From the NCBI GenBank assembly GCA_030431375.1, contig JAUIIY010000007.1:4228-68227 (forward strand): DNA of 64,000 nt, read 5' to 3'. Positions 1 to 8,841 of the stretch are shown here, piece after piece (position 1 is the stretch's first letter; each line of letters starts with the position of its first letter). This DNA comes from Alphaproteobacteria bacterium. Lineage in GTDB: Bacteria > Pseudomonadota > Alphaproteobacteria > Rickettsiales > JABSSG01. The translations under genes and the position numbers were made by a program. Below the pieces are notes generated by a model. It saw nothing but the letters and a program-made list of their open reading frames with translations. It did no database searches and had not been told where the DNA came from.

Positions 1-3000
1 CAAAATTTGGCAATGACATATATACGTTAGAAAGTGAATCATTCGGAATTTGTAAACCGTGCTTCATTGCTAAAAGTTGATGCAGTCCATTATGCCAGAG
101 CATATTTTGTGAGATGGTCCCTGTATTATGCTGATGAATTTTTATTTGACTAAAGCCAGCGGATAGATGCTCTTGCACCAAATAATCTTCACCCTCTGAG
201 TACTTCACAGAGTTTAAAATTGAATCCATCCATATATTTGCATAGTCTGGCATAACAAAATCATACAAATGATTTGGTATTAATAGAGTTTTATCTCTTT
301 CTAGCTCACCTTCCATATATGCTCTATAAGAACTATTTGGAATTGTAGAAGCTTTTAATTCTCGAAGCGCTTGCTCCTTTAAAAACTCTGTATAAGCCGT
401 TTGATTGCCAATTTCAGTAACCGTAATTTTTGGTAACTCTTCAGGATTTTCTGGGGCCTCAACCTGCTTGTAATAATATATATCATCCTTTACCTCTGTA
501 TCACTGAGAATTCTATTTGCAACTGTAGCTTGATGATAAAGTATATGCTTTAAATGCTCAAAACCGGCAATAGGATCAACTAACTTAACTATATGCTGTA
601 TTTGATCAATTAGAATATTATCTACTTCATCCAATATCAGAACATCTTGAGTCCTTCCATATCTATAATTGTCAATTGTAGCTGTTTTTAATATATCTCC
701 AATAAAAACCAGCGGCGAACCATAAACTACATTAGCCTTATAACAACTTTTGGGCTTATCTCCGATACCACCCCTTACCGCATTAGCCATAGTAATTCCT
801 AATGAGTTAAAAAAAGGTGCTTGTTTTTCAGCTTCATTAGCTAAGGCATCCGAGCTAGTTACCACATCAACATATAAATTTGTCATAGCTCGTATGGCCG
901 CTGTCATAGCAACAATAGCGGTTTTTCCTTCACCTGTGCTAACTTGTATTAATCGGCCACTTTCAGATTTTAAAAGTGCTAATATGGAGATTAACTGCAC
1001 GTCACGGAGGTAATATTCGCCCTCAAATACAGTTTTATGCATAGCTTCAGAAGCTACAGCTAAAATCTTAGGAAGGGTTTCATTATTCAGTTCGTGAACA
1101 GACTCTTTGAAATTTTTATACCACGCATCTTCATATAGTGATTTAAGTTCACTAGCATATGTATGATGCTCAGATGACGAGCGCTCTTTATCTGAGAGAA
1201 GTTCAAAAATTTTGTTAAATGCTATAGAATGCTCAAGTTCAGAAAGGTTTAAAAAATTTATATCCTCTGATTCACTAGGTATTATATCTTTTAAAGTTGT
1301 TTGAACATAACGACCTGACTCTTTGTCGATATATCTAATATATATCTCATCAAACATTGGGTATACATACACAGTATTTGCATTAGTATTCCTTCTATCT
1401 GACGAATCAGTGATTAAAAATTCGTAACCTGCATCATCTAATTCCTTAATCATAGGCACTTCATATAGTTGCCTCTGTAGCTGGTAACTAGGGTTCTTTA
1501 CAAAAAAACTTGTCTGTTCTTCCCCATTTAATGAAGTAAATACTAAAGAATTTTGCTTTTTTGTAACCGTAATTTTGTCTGGAGTTAACCCTGGCTCATT
1601 ACCACCAGAATGCAAATTGAAATCAAGCGCATCAAAAAATTGACTTAATTTCTCCTGCTCTTTATGAGTTTCAATTATAATATGTCGTGAATCCCTTACA
1701 AATTCTTCAGCAATCTCTGGAGGATTATTTTTAGAGATTTCGGCTAAAATTTCTTCTAAATCTCTAGAAAAATACAATCTATTATCATCTGAAACAGTTT
1801 TAATTTTTTTATCCCAAAATTCTGGCTCAAATTTTGAGAAGACATCTATAACACGCAGCCCATCTCTATCTATAGTGAATGGACCAATATTATAATTTAC
1901 AACCCTTTTTAAAGCTTTATAAAAATGCTGTTCATTACCAGAATTTAAATAGGAAAAAAGTAAATTTTTTTGTGACAAAGTCCATGATTCAGAATTATAG
2001 AAATTTTTTACAGTTCTCTCAAAATCTGTAGGGGCTTTTTTTATCCAATCTGATGCATTTGCTGTTCCGTGAGCGGTATCACCCGAGCCTTCTAAACCCT
2101 TAGTTTTATAGGCTGGATCTTTTGACAAACAGTTACTACTATACCCAACCTTATTAAATAAAGAATCTAAAATTCTTTTTTGAGCATCATCATAGCTTGT
2201 ACATTTATCTTCAAGCTTATCATATATTTGCGAAGGTAATCCAGCATTCTTATCTGATAGGCGGTTACCAATAAATAATATTTTATTGCTCAATGATGAG
2301 TCATTTTTATTTATAGCATCCACATATGAAGAAATATTCTCTACAAAAATTTGAAGATTTTTCCATATATCATCTGATAATGACTGTGTGGTAATTAGCC
2401 TTTCGAAAAAAACTAAAAATGACGATATATGATCATTTTTAGCATCAAAAGATTTGCTTTGCTTTGCCAATATTTCTGATAATGCAAAAATTATTGGATT
2501 TGGGACATCATAATACAAATCTAAGATTTTATGACATATATCCATGACAAAATCAGCGTCTGGAGTATCTTTTTCTAATTCTCGTTCCAAAAGCTCGAAA
2601 ATAACTTTTGTAGTGTGATGTTTTGAAATAGGGTTCATCCCCTCTCGCAGATATTCTGTAAAAATAGCCGCTAGCTCAATTTTTGGCTTATATAGCTCAG
2701 CTCCGGCTCCAGCAAGCAATAAACTAACCAGAGCTGACTCGGCAGTTTTTTTTCCTGCAGTCACAGCTCCAAGATCTAGTAAATTCTCAAAAATAGTAAA
2801 TAATTCTGAATTATACTCAATACCTTCCAAGACACCTTTGGTAAAAGATTTGTATATGTTTGAGACAAAATGATCTGATAAAAATCTGTGCGCTACATCT
2901 TTTTCAATAAAATCCGCTATATACTGAACATGAGATGTGTCTTCAGCATGCTCAAGTGCATGTCTAACAATTAGGTTTGTTGTGTGCTCATACGGTGCGT

Positions 3001-3541
3001 AGGTATTATATTTTGAGAAATACAGTTTTTTGTACCCCTGGAGAATTCTAGGAGAATAACTTACTGTTGTTTCTATTGCTTCCAACGATGCTGAAGAGAC
3101 AATGTACTGATCATCATCTAAAACGGCTGATACGGTCAAAAAGATTGGGTGAGCTTTGGACTGCGCAAGCACCTTGTCTAACAACTCATATTTTTGCTCT
3201 TGAGCGAGCCTCCGCAATTGCTGTTTTATAACCGATGGATTATTTTGAAAATATTGATCCAATATTTTATATTGATAATTAATATCCTCAGCCTGTAAGA
3301 CATAAGTATAGTTACCATCGCTATTTTGAAAAATATTTTCGTCCTTTTGAGCCGAATCCTTGAAAAATTTATTAGGGAATTTACACTCCAAAAGCTTTTG
3401 AAAATCACACTCTAAATCATTCTTTACAAAATTGTTCCACAACTCATTATAACCAGGAGAATTATCAAGCATGCCGTTTACTGCAATACTATTGAAATAA
3501 TATTCTTCATCAAAAAATAGTGATATAAAATCTGTGTTCAT
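1..3541 (-). CDS. Giant SecA-like DEAD-motor protein (>=1180 aa, runs off the left window edge; absent from the ORF track)
   Basis: Manual translation of several segments from ATG 3541 (MNTDFISLFFDEEYY...) is open and in the same frame as the motifs near position 1. SecA motifs in order: LRDVQL, Walker A STGEGKT (920-940), VDVVTSS, LILDEVDNILID (DEVD 620-631), WHNGLHQLLAMKHG (~55-100). Confidence 0.85.
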   Translation of the reverse strand, partial: MNTDFISLFFDEEYYFNSIAVNGMLDNSPGYNELWNNFVKNDLECDFQKLLECKFPNKFFKDSAQKDENIFQNSDGNYTYVLQAEDINYQYKILDQYFQNNPSVIKQQLRRLAQEQKYELLDKVLAQSKAHPIFLTVSAVLDDDQYIVSSASLEAIETTVSYSPRILQGYKKLYFSKYNTYAPYEHTTNLIVRHALEHAEDTSHVQYIADFIEKDVAHRFLSDHFVSNIYKSFTKGVLEGIEYNSELFTIFENLLDLGAVTAGKKTAESALVSLLLAGAGAELYKPKIELAAIFTEYLREGMNPISKHHTTKVIFELLERELEKDTPDADFVMDICHKILDLYYDVPNPIIFALSEILAKQSKSFDAKNDHISSFLVFFERLITTQSLSDDIWKNLQIFVENISSYVDAINKNDSSLSNKILFIGNRLSDKNAGLPSQIYDKLEDKCTSYDDAQKRILDSLFNKVGYSSNCLSKDPAYKTKGLEGSGDTAHGTANASDWIKKAPTDFERTVKNFYNSESWTLSQKNLLFSYLNSGNEQHFYKALKRVVNYNIGPFTIDRDGLRVIDVFSKFEPEFWDKKIKTVSDDNRLYFSRDLEEILAEISKNNPPEIAEEFVRDSRHIIIETHKEQEKLSQFFDALDFNLHSGGNEPGLTPDKITVTKKQNSLVFTSLNGEEQTSFFVKNPSYQLQRQLYEVPMIKELDDAGYEFLITDSSDRRNTNANTVYVYPMFDEIYIRYIDKESGRYVQTTLKDIIPSESEDINFLNLSELEHSIAFNKIFELLSDKERSSSEHHTYASELKSLYEDAWYKNFKESVHELNNETLPKILAVASEAMHKTVFEGEYYLRDVQLISILALLKSESGRLIQVSTGEGKTAIVAMTAAIRAMTNLYVDVVTSSDALANEAEKQAPFFNSLGITMANAVRGGIGDKPKSCYKANVVYGSPLVFIGDILKTATIDNYRYGRTQDVLILDEVDNILIDQIQHIVKLVDPIAGFEHLKHILYHQATVANRILSDTEVKDDIYYYKQVEAPENPEELPKITVTEIGNQTAYTEFLKEQALRELKASTIPNSSYRAYMEGELERDKTLLIPNHLYDFVMPDYANIWMDSILNSVKYSEGEDYLVQEHLSAGFSQIKIHQHNTGTISQNMLWHNGLHQLLAMKHGLQIPNDSLSNVYMSLPNF

Positions 3542-3579
3542 TTCTAGAGATGCCTGTTTTTTTAATTAATCGTTACTAT

Positions 3580-4266
3580 TTAATAGCTATATTCTGATAC
3601 ATAATGTTGGTGACCAGATACTTCTTGTGATTTAGCATGAATAAGAAATGACGATTGGACCTCTGTGGTTTTAGTGGCATATTCATCTGGTGAAGCCTCA
3701 TACTCGGCCTCACTATTTAGCTCCGTATCCATATCGGCCCAGTTTTGTGCAATTTGGCTATCGTAATTGCCTATTAATGCCCGTAAAGCCTCAATCTGAC
3801 CTTCTATCTCCTGGCTTTTTGCTTGCTCCTTCTCATTTAGAATTTGATCGCATTTCGCAGCATTACTTGCTGGAGAACCCCTATAGCAAGAAATAAATTC
3901 TCGCTCCTTAGCGCTGATCTCAGCTTTCTTTGCCTCCAAGAAATTCAGCTGCACCGTAAAATTCATCTTCTGCGAATATAGCTCATTGAAATTCTCCTGA
4001 TAACCATCCAAGGCTAAAAATTTAATATGCTTCTGCTCAAGCTCATATTCATCGCGTATCCGACCAACAAATATATCATCAGCCTCCTTTACTGCTTTGC
4101 TCATTGCCTCTTCAACCAACGCATTCTTCTTGTCGAGAAGCTCCTGCTCATATTCCTTCCGAGGATAACGACCATGCATCTCATCTGCTTTTTCTTTACC
4201 GTATAATCTCACTGCAATTTTGTAATTTGTTTTTGCTCTTTCTATCCAACGTGAACGTGTAGTCAT
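3580..4266 (-). CDS. Hypothetical coiled-coil protein, tandem paralog 1 of 3 (228 aa)
   Basis: ORF track; AAGGAG SD upstream; near-identical to the two adjacent ORFs. Confidence 0.85.
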   Translation of the reverse strand: MTTRSRWIERAKTNYKIAVRLYGKEKADEMHGRYPRKEYEQELLDKKNALVEEAMSKAVKEADDIFVGRIRDEYELEQKHIKFLALDGYQENFNELYSQKMNFTVQLNFLEAKKAEISAKEREFISCYRGSPASNAAKCDQILNEKEQAKSQEIEGQIEALRALIGNYDSQIAQNWADMDTELNSEAEYEASPDEYATKTTEVQSSFLIHAKSQEVSGHQHYVSEYSY

Positions 4267-4291
4267 ATTAAGGCTCCTTATAATTTATATT

Positions 4292-4978
4292 CTAATAGCT
4301 ATATTCTGATACATAATGTTGATGGCCAGCTACTTTTTGTGATTTAGCATGAATGAGAAATGACGATTGGACCTCTGTGGTTTCAGTTGCATATTCATCT
4401 GGTGAGGCCTCATACTCGACTTCAATATTTAGCTCCGTATCCATATCGGCCCAGTTTTGTGCAATTTGACTGTCATAATTGCCTATTAATGCCCGTAAAG
4501 CCTCAATCTGACCTTCTATCTCCTGGCTTTTTGCTTGCTCCTTCTCATTTAGAATTTGATCGCATTTCGCAGCATTACTTGCTGGAGAACCCCTATAGCA
4601 AGAAATAAATTCTCGCTCCTTAGCGCTGATCTCAGCCTTCTTCGCCTCCAAGAAATTCAGCTGCACCGTAAAATTCATCTTCTGCGAATATAGCTCATTG
4701 AAATTCTCCTGAAAGCCTTCCAAGGCTAAAAATTTAATATGCTTCTGCTCAAGCTCATATTCATCGCGTATCCGACCAACAAATATATCATCAGCCTCCT
4801 TTACTGCACTAACCATTGCCTCTTCAACCAACGCATTTTTCTTGTCAGCAAGCTCCTGCTCATATTCCTTCCTAGGATAACGACCATGCATCTCATCTGC
4901 TTTTTCTTTACCGTATAATCTCACTGCAATTTTGTAATTTGTTTTTGCTTTTTCTATCCAACGTGGGTGTACATTCAT
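4292..4978 (-). CDS. Hypothetical coiled-coil protein, tandem paralog 2 of 3 (228 aa)
   Basis: ORF track; AAGAGG SD upstream; 15 aa differences from copy 1. Confidence 0.85.
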   Translation of the reverse strand: MNVHPRWIEKAKTNYKIAVRLYGKEKADEMHGRYPRKEYEQELADKKNALVEEAMVSAVKEADDIFVGRIRDEYELEQKHIKFLALEGFQENFNELYSQKMNFTVQLNFLEAKKAEISAKEREFISCYRGSPASNAAKCDQILNEKEQAKSQEIEGQIEALRALIGNYDSQIAQNWADMDTELNIEVEYEASPDEYATETTEVQSSFLIHAKSQKVAGHQHYVSEYSY

Positions 4979-5054
4979 GGCTAAACCTCTTATATTTTAT
5001 ATTCTAATGTTAGTAAAAAATCGTTTGATCTGAGTTTTGAGAAGTACGTCATAT

Positions 5055-5741
5055 TTAATAGCTATATTCTGATACATAATGTTGATGGCCAGCTACTTCT
5101 TGTGATTTAGCATGAATAAGAAATGACGATTGAACCTCTGTAGTTTTAGTGGCATATTCATCTGGTGAAGCCTCATACTCGACTTCAATATTTAGCTCCG
5201 TATCCATATCGGCCCAGTTTTGTGCAATTTGACTGTCATAATTGCCTATTAATGCCCGTAAAGCCTCGATCTGGCCTTCTATCTCTTGGCTTTTTGCTTG
5301 CTCCTTCTCATTGAGAATTTGATCGCATTTCGCAGCATTACTTGCTGGAGAACCCCTATAGCAAGAAATAAATTCTCGCTCCTTAGCGCTGATCTCAGCT
5401 TTCTTCGCCTCCAAGAAATTCAGCTGCACCGTGAAATTCATCTTCTGCGAATATAGCTCATTGAAATTCTCCTGAAAGCCTTCCAATGCTAAAAACTTAA
5501 TATGCTTCTGCTCAAGCTCATATTCATCTTGTATCCGACCAACAAATATATCATCAGCCTCCTTTACTGCTTTGCTCATTGCCTCTTCAACTAACGCATT
5601 CTTCTTGTCGAGAAGCTCCTGCTCATATTCCTTCCTCGGATAACGACCATGCATCTCATCTGCTTTTTCTTTGCCGTATAATTTTACTGCAAGTTTATAA
5701 TTTGTCTTGGCTTTTTCTTTTAAGCGTGAATAAGCGCTCAT
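5055..5741 (-). CDS. Hypothetical coiled-coil protein, tandem paralog 3 of 3 (228 aa)
   Basis: ORF track; AAGGAG SD upstream; 14 aa differences from each of the other copies. Confidence 0.85.
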   Translation of the reverse strand: MSAYSRLKEKAKTNYKLAVKLYGKEKADEMHGRYPRKEYEQELLDKKNALVEEAMSKAVKEADDIFVGRIQDEYELEQKHIKFLALEGFQENFNELYSQKMNFTVQLNFLEAKKAEISAKEREFISCYRGSPASNAAKCDQILNEKEQAKSQEIEGQIEALRALIGNYDSQIAQNWADMDTELNIEVEYEASPDEYATKTTEVQSSFLIHAKSQEVAGHQHYVSEYSY

Positions 5742-6005
5742 AATAATAACTCCTTATTTATAAATTATTTTCTAATTAGCTGAATAAATCAGAAGCGTTT
5801 TTATTAAGCACAAATTTGCCACAAGCAACAAAAACACATGCTGTTACTGCCCTGTAACAAAAAAGCTTTCAAAGTTCTAGAAATCAAGTTGGAGAGCATT
5901 AATTTGCCCATTTTGACGCCTCATCATTAAAAATTACTAATTTAATTTTTCCACCTAAAGGACACCCAGCCCTCGTTCTTCAGATTACTAACATATAAAA
6001 ACACT

Positions 6006-6027
6006 TTGTCAACGTATAAATTGACAA
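6006..6027. promoter_or_regulatory. Inverted repeat TTGTCAA-N8-TTGACAA, probably back-to-back sigma70 -35 elements
   Basis: Perfect TTGACA on both strands between divergent genes; -10 matches are weak. Confidence 0.4.
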
Positions 6028-6074
6028 TTAAATTATATTAGTTATTTTTTCTTGGAATTAATTAGCTATAAATT

Positions 6075-6944
6075 ATGGAAAATTACTACTGGGAAAGCAA
6101 TACAGGGCTAATTGAGCTTGAGGGGATTGATTTTGATATAGAGAAATGCAACCTCAAATATGAAGATTTGTTTATAAATATCGAAGAAGCAGCCAGCTCA
6201 ATAACCGAGAAAAACTTAACTTTTATCACCTATGATCTCGCTATATCAGAAGCAGAAAATTTTCATATTGCCCAAACAATTTTAAAGAGCTCTGATAAAG
6301 GTACAGAAACATATTTTAATTCCGCTTTGCATAACCCGGCAGAAGAAATAGATATTTTTTTAAACCGCCTCATGCCGGATGGGATGCAATCTACTAAAAT
6401 GGTGATGAAGAATCTACTGACAAATATAATTAGCGCCACCATATCTGCCTCTGGATATGAATATGCAGAAGTGGATATAAGGCTTCATTCCAAAACGACT
6501 GAAAATTTTATGGATCTCCATATTGATAAATCGCATGCAGAAATGATTTCTCAGTGTGGCAGGGATAGCGATGATAAAAATTTTGCAAAGCAAAAAGTTT
6601 TCATATTCCCTCTATATGGTGAAGCAACATACTTCTTTGATATGCCTGACGCGGTAAGAGGTGAATTTTTACAATACACTCATGAAACTAGCTCAACTTA
6701 CGGACAAGCATATTCTGAGCATCAAAGTGAAATTTTAGAGCTGTTTGAAAAAATGAATTTTCACACAGCAGAAGCAGGACAAGCCTCTATTCATTACGCC
6801 GGAACGGATGGAACGATTCACTCAAAACCTTTTTTTCATGAAAAACGCTTAGTTGTACTCGTTTACCCTAACCAAAAAGATATATTATTAAATTTAGATG
6901 CTTGTTTTGTGGAAGCTTTAAATAAAGCTGCAAAGCGAACATAA
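6075..6944 (+). CDS. Putative 2OG-Fe(II) oxygenase-fold (DUF1826-like) protein
   Basis: LHID (HxD), then YGEAT, then GTIHSKP..RLVVLV pattern. Confidence 0.5.
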   Translation: MENYYWESNTGLIELEGIDFDIEKCNLKYEDLFINIEEAASSITEKNLTFITYDLAISEAENFHIAQTILKSSDKGTETYFNSALHNPAEEIDIFLNRLMPDGMQSTKMVMKNLLTNIISATISASGYEYAEVDIRLHSKTTENFMDLHIDKSHAEMISQCGRDSDDKNFAKQKVFIFPLYGEATYFFDMPDAVRGEFLQYTHETSSTYGQAYSEHQSEILELFEKMNFHTAEAGQASIHYAGTDGTIHSKPFFHEKRLVVLVYPNQKDILLNLDACFVEALNKAAKRT

Positions 6945-6957
6945 ACACATCTTTTGA

Positions 6958-8313
6958 TCAACCACGACCTTGTCCTTGACCAGCTTTACGACCAGCTCCA
7001 GGGGATGAGGATGGTGCCGCAGGAGCGCCAGATTTTGCCGTTTCTGGGTTTGCTGTTAATCTTTCAACTATATGTGCAGGTGGACCCTCTGGGTAAATAT
7101 CTTCGTATCTTGGCGGAGGCGCTGGAGGAACTAATTTTGTCAGATCCGCTCCCGAACGATCTGCTGATATAGCAGGCTGAGAAGTCACACTAGCTGGCAC
7201 TGTAGGAGGATCAGCTTCTCTTCCATCATTTAACACTGCCGTCTCCCCTCTTCCCCTATCTCTTTCATGTTCTCTAACAGGTTGCCCTGGGGCAGGAGAA
7301 GGCGTAGGAGCAACTTTTGCAGCTTGTGGCTGTATAGCTTTGCCGCTTATCAATTCAATATTACGTTTTTCATTATATTGAAATAGACCTGCACCCGGAA
7401 TTAACGAACCAGCAAGATCTCCAAAATGCCTACCCAAGGTTTTTTTCGGATGTGCGCCTATGGAGCATAATTTATCAGCAGCAACGACTGCAGGTCCAAC
7501 CGCTACAAAACTTGCTGGAGGAGGCAGTGCACCAGCTGCAGCACCGGCTAAAGTCATTGAAATTATTCGGCCCGCTCCTCTAGCCCATCTTTTATACCAC
7601 TTTTCGTTTTTGTTTGCATTTTTGTGAGATATATTTGCAGCTATTGCACTTGCACAACCAGTAATTGCACCCACAATAGCTCCACCAATAGGTCCACCGA
7701 GGCTGTAAGCACCCCACATTACACCCGAATAAACAACTCCTACTCCACCAGTAAGTATACTCCTCCCACCTAATTTCAAAGTTGATCCAGCAACATTTTT
7801 AGCTACTCCCGTCACTCCAATTTCACTTCTGTTACCTGTAACAAAAAGTCCTTTAGATTTAGTAATAAGCCCAATATCATCTGCTGTACTAGTAGCATTA
7901 GCTAGCTCATATTGTTCTCTTTCCCGCCTCTTTCTTTCTCGCTTTTCTTTTTGTTTTGCCTCATTAGCTTCACGTTTAACAGCCCTTTCTTTTTCTTTTC
8001 TTTTTGCTTTCTCCTCTCGGGCTCTCACTTTTGCCTCTTGTCTTTCTCGCCTTTTCTTTGCCCTAGCTTCTTTATCGGCTTCCTTTTTCTTATCCGCTTC
8101 TTCTTTTTTTCTTCTCGCTGCTTCTCTTTGCTCCTCAGTTCGTGGTTTGCCAAATAAATTCATCCCCCCAAAGAAGGATTTTTTTTCTCCTTTTTTAGCT
8201 TCAACTACAGGACCTTTCTTTTCAGCCCTTTGTTCTTGTGCTTTTTCAGCTGCAGCTCTAGCTGCCTCAGTTTCAGCTTGCGCTTTTCTTAATCGATCTG
8301 CAACACTAGACAT
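6958..8313 (-). CDS. Hypothetical effector-like protein: charged coiled coil, glycine-zipper hydrophobic segments, Pro-rich tail
   Basis: 451-aa ORF; K/E/R-rich N-half, GxxxG repeats, PPPRY motif, basic Gly-rich C-terminus. Confidence 0.75.
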   Translation of the reverse strand: MSSVADRLRKAQAETEAARAAAEKAQEQRAEKKGPVVEAKKGEKKSFFGGMNLFGKPRTEEQREAARRKKEEADKKKEADKEARAKKRRERQEAKVRAREEKAKRKEKERAVKREANEAKQKEKRERKRREREQYELANATSTADDIGLITKSKGLFVTGNRSEIGVTGVAKNVAGSTLKLGGRSILTGGVGVVYSGVMWGAYSLGGPIGGAIVGAITGCASAIAANISHKNANKNEKWYKRWARGAGRIISMTLAGAAAGALPPPASFVAVGPAVVAADKLCSIGAHPKKTLGRHFGDLAGSLIPGAGLFQYNEKRNIELISGKAIQPQAAKVAPTPSPAPGQPVREHERDRGRGETAVLNDGREADPPTVPASVTSQPAISADRSGADLTKLVPPAPPPRYEDIYPEGPPAHIVERLTANPETAKSGAPAAPSSSPGAGRKAGQGQGRG

Positions 8314-8360
8314 ATAATTGCTGATAATTGGTTACCGTTTTCAAGCCTAAACAAAAAAGA

Positions 8361-8376
8361 TTAATAAAAGCTTAAC
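8361..8376 (+). promoter_or_regulatory. CtrA-binding consensus TTAA-N7-TTAAC
   Basis: TTAATAAAAGCTTAAC in the divergent intergenic region, 48 bp upstream of the 8313 start; AT-rich background lowers specificity. Confidence 0.45.
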
Positions 8377-8557
8377 ATTCTGAAAATCTACAATTTCATC
8401 AGATTCTTCTATATACAAAATTTGAATAATAAAAACACATAACTGTTCATATCATCACGCCATTGCACAATCAAAAAATTCACATTAACTTTTTCTACAA
8501 AATGTTATTTTAAAATAGATTATAATTTCATAGAATTACTATAAATGGGGTAAAATT

Positions 8558-8818
8558 ATGGATGAACAAACAAGCAAAAAACTAGGTAGGAATGCTGACC
8601 TTAAGGCTTCGGGTGGAGGATCAATGTCTGAGACACAGTCCGATATAACAGTAGAGCAAGCTAAATTTTTTGATGCAATACTTCACAAAACTCCAAAAGG
8701 ACAAAATGTCTTAGAAGAATTATCAGGAAGCAAGGTTACTTATGCTGGACAGCAAACAATTAAAAGGGCAGCACCAGGCACAAAACAGAAACAATCATCG
8801 CAAAAAGCAAAATTATAA
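8558..8818 (+). CDS. Hypothetical protein (86 aa)
   Basis: ORF with GGGG purine tract upstream, co-oriented with the ankyrin gene. Confidence 0.6.
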   Translation: MDEQTSKKLGRNADLKASGGGSMSETQSDITVEQAKFFDAILHKTPKGQNVLEELSGSKVTYAGQQTIKRAAPGTKQKQSSQKAKL

Positions 8819-8841
8819 AAAGGGGTTAACAAAAATATTTA

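Larger units (their letters stand above)
3580..5775. repeat. Tandem gene triplication (unit spacing 712 and 763 bp)
   Basis: Three directly repeated ~690-bp coding units, each with a similar AT-rich leader (TAGAA-x-AT-rich-AAGGAG/AAGAGG). Confidence 0.95.

Noticed and set aside
750-1013. Track ORF on the + strand (87 aa)
   Set aside because: Antisense shadow of the SecA-like Walker A region.
3226-3408. Track ORF on the - strand (60 aa)
   Set aside because: Out-of-frame ORF inside the giant gene that starts at 3541.
1-3541. Calling the giant ORF the housekeeping secA
   Set aside because: The motor begins about 820 residues in and the motifs are divergent, so no gene symbol was assigned.
3580-5741. 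Triplet as an assembly artefact, a CRISPR array or a DGR template/variable repeat
   Set aside because: The copies carry many distinct substitutions with intact frames and their own SD sites. There is no repeat-spacer structure, no adenine-specific variation was evident and no reverse transcriptase is in the window.
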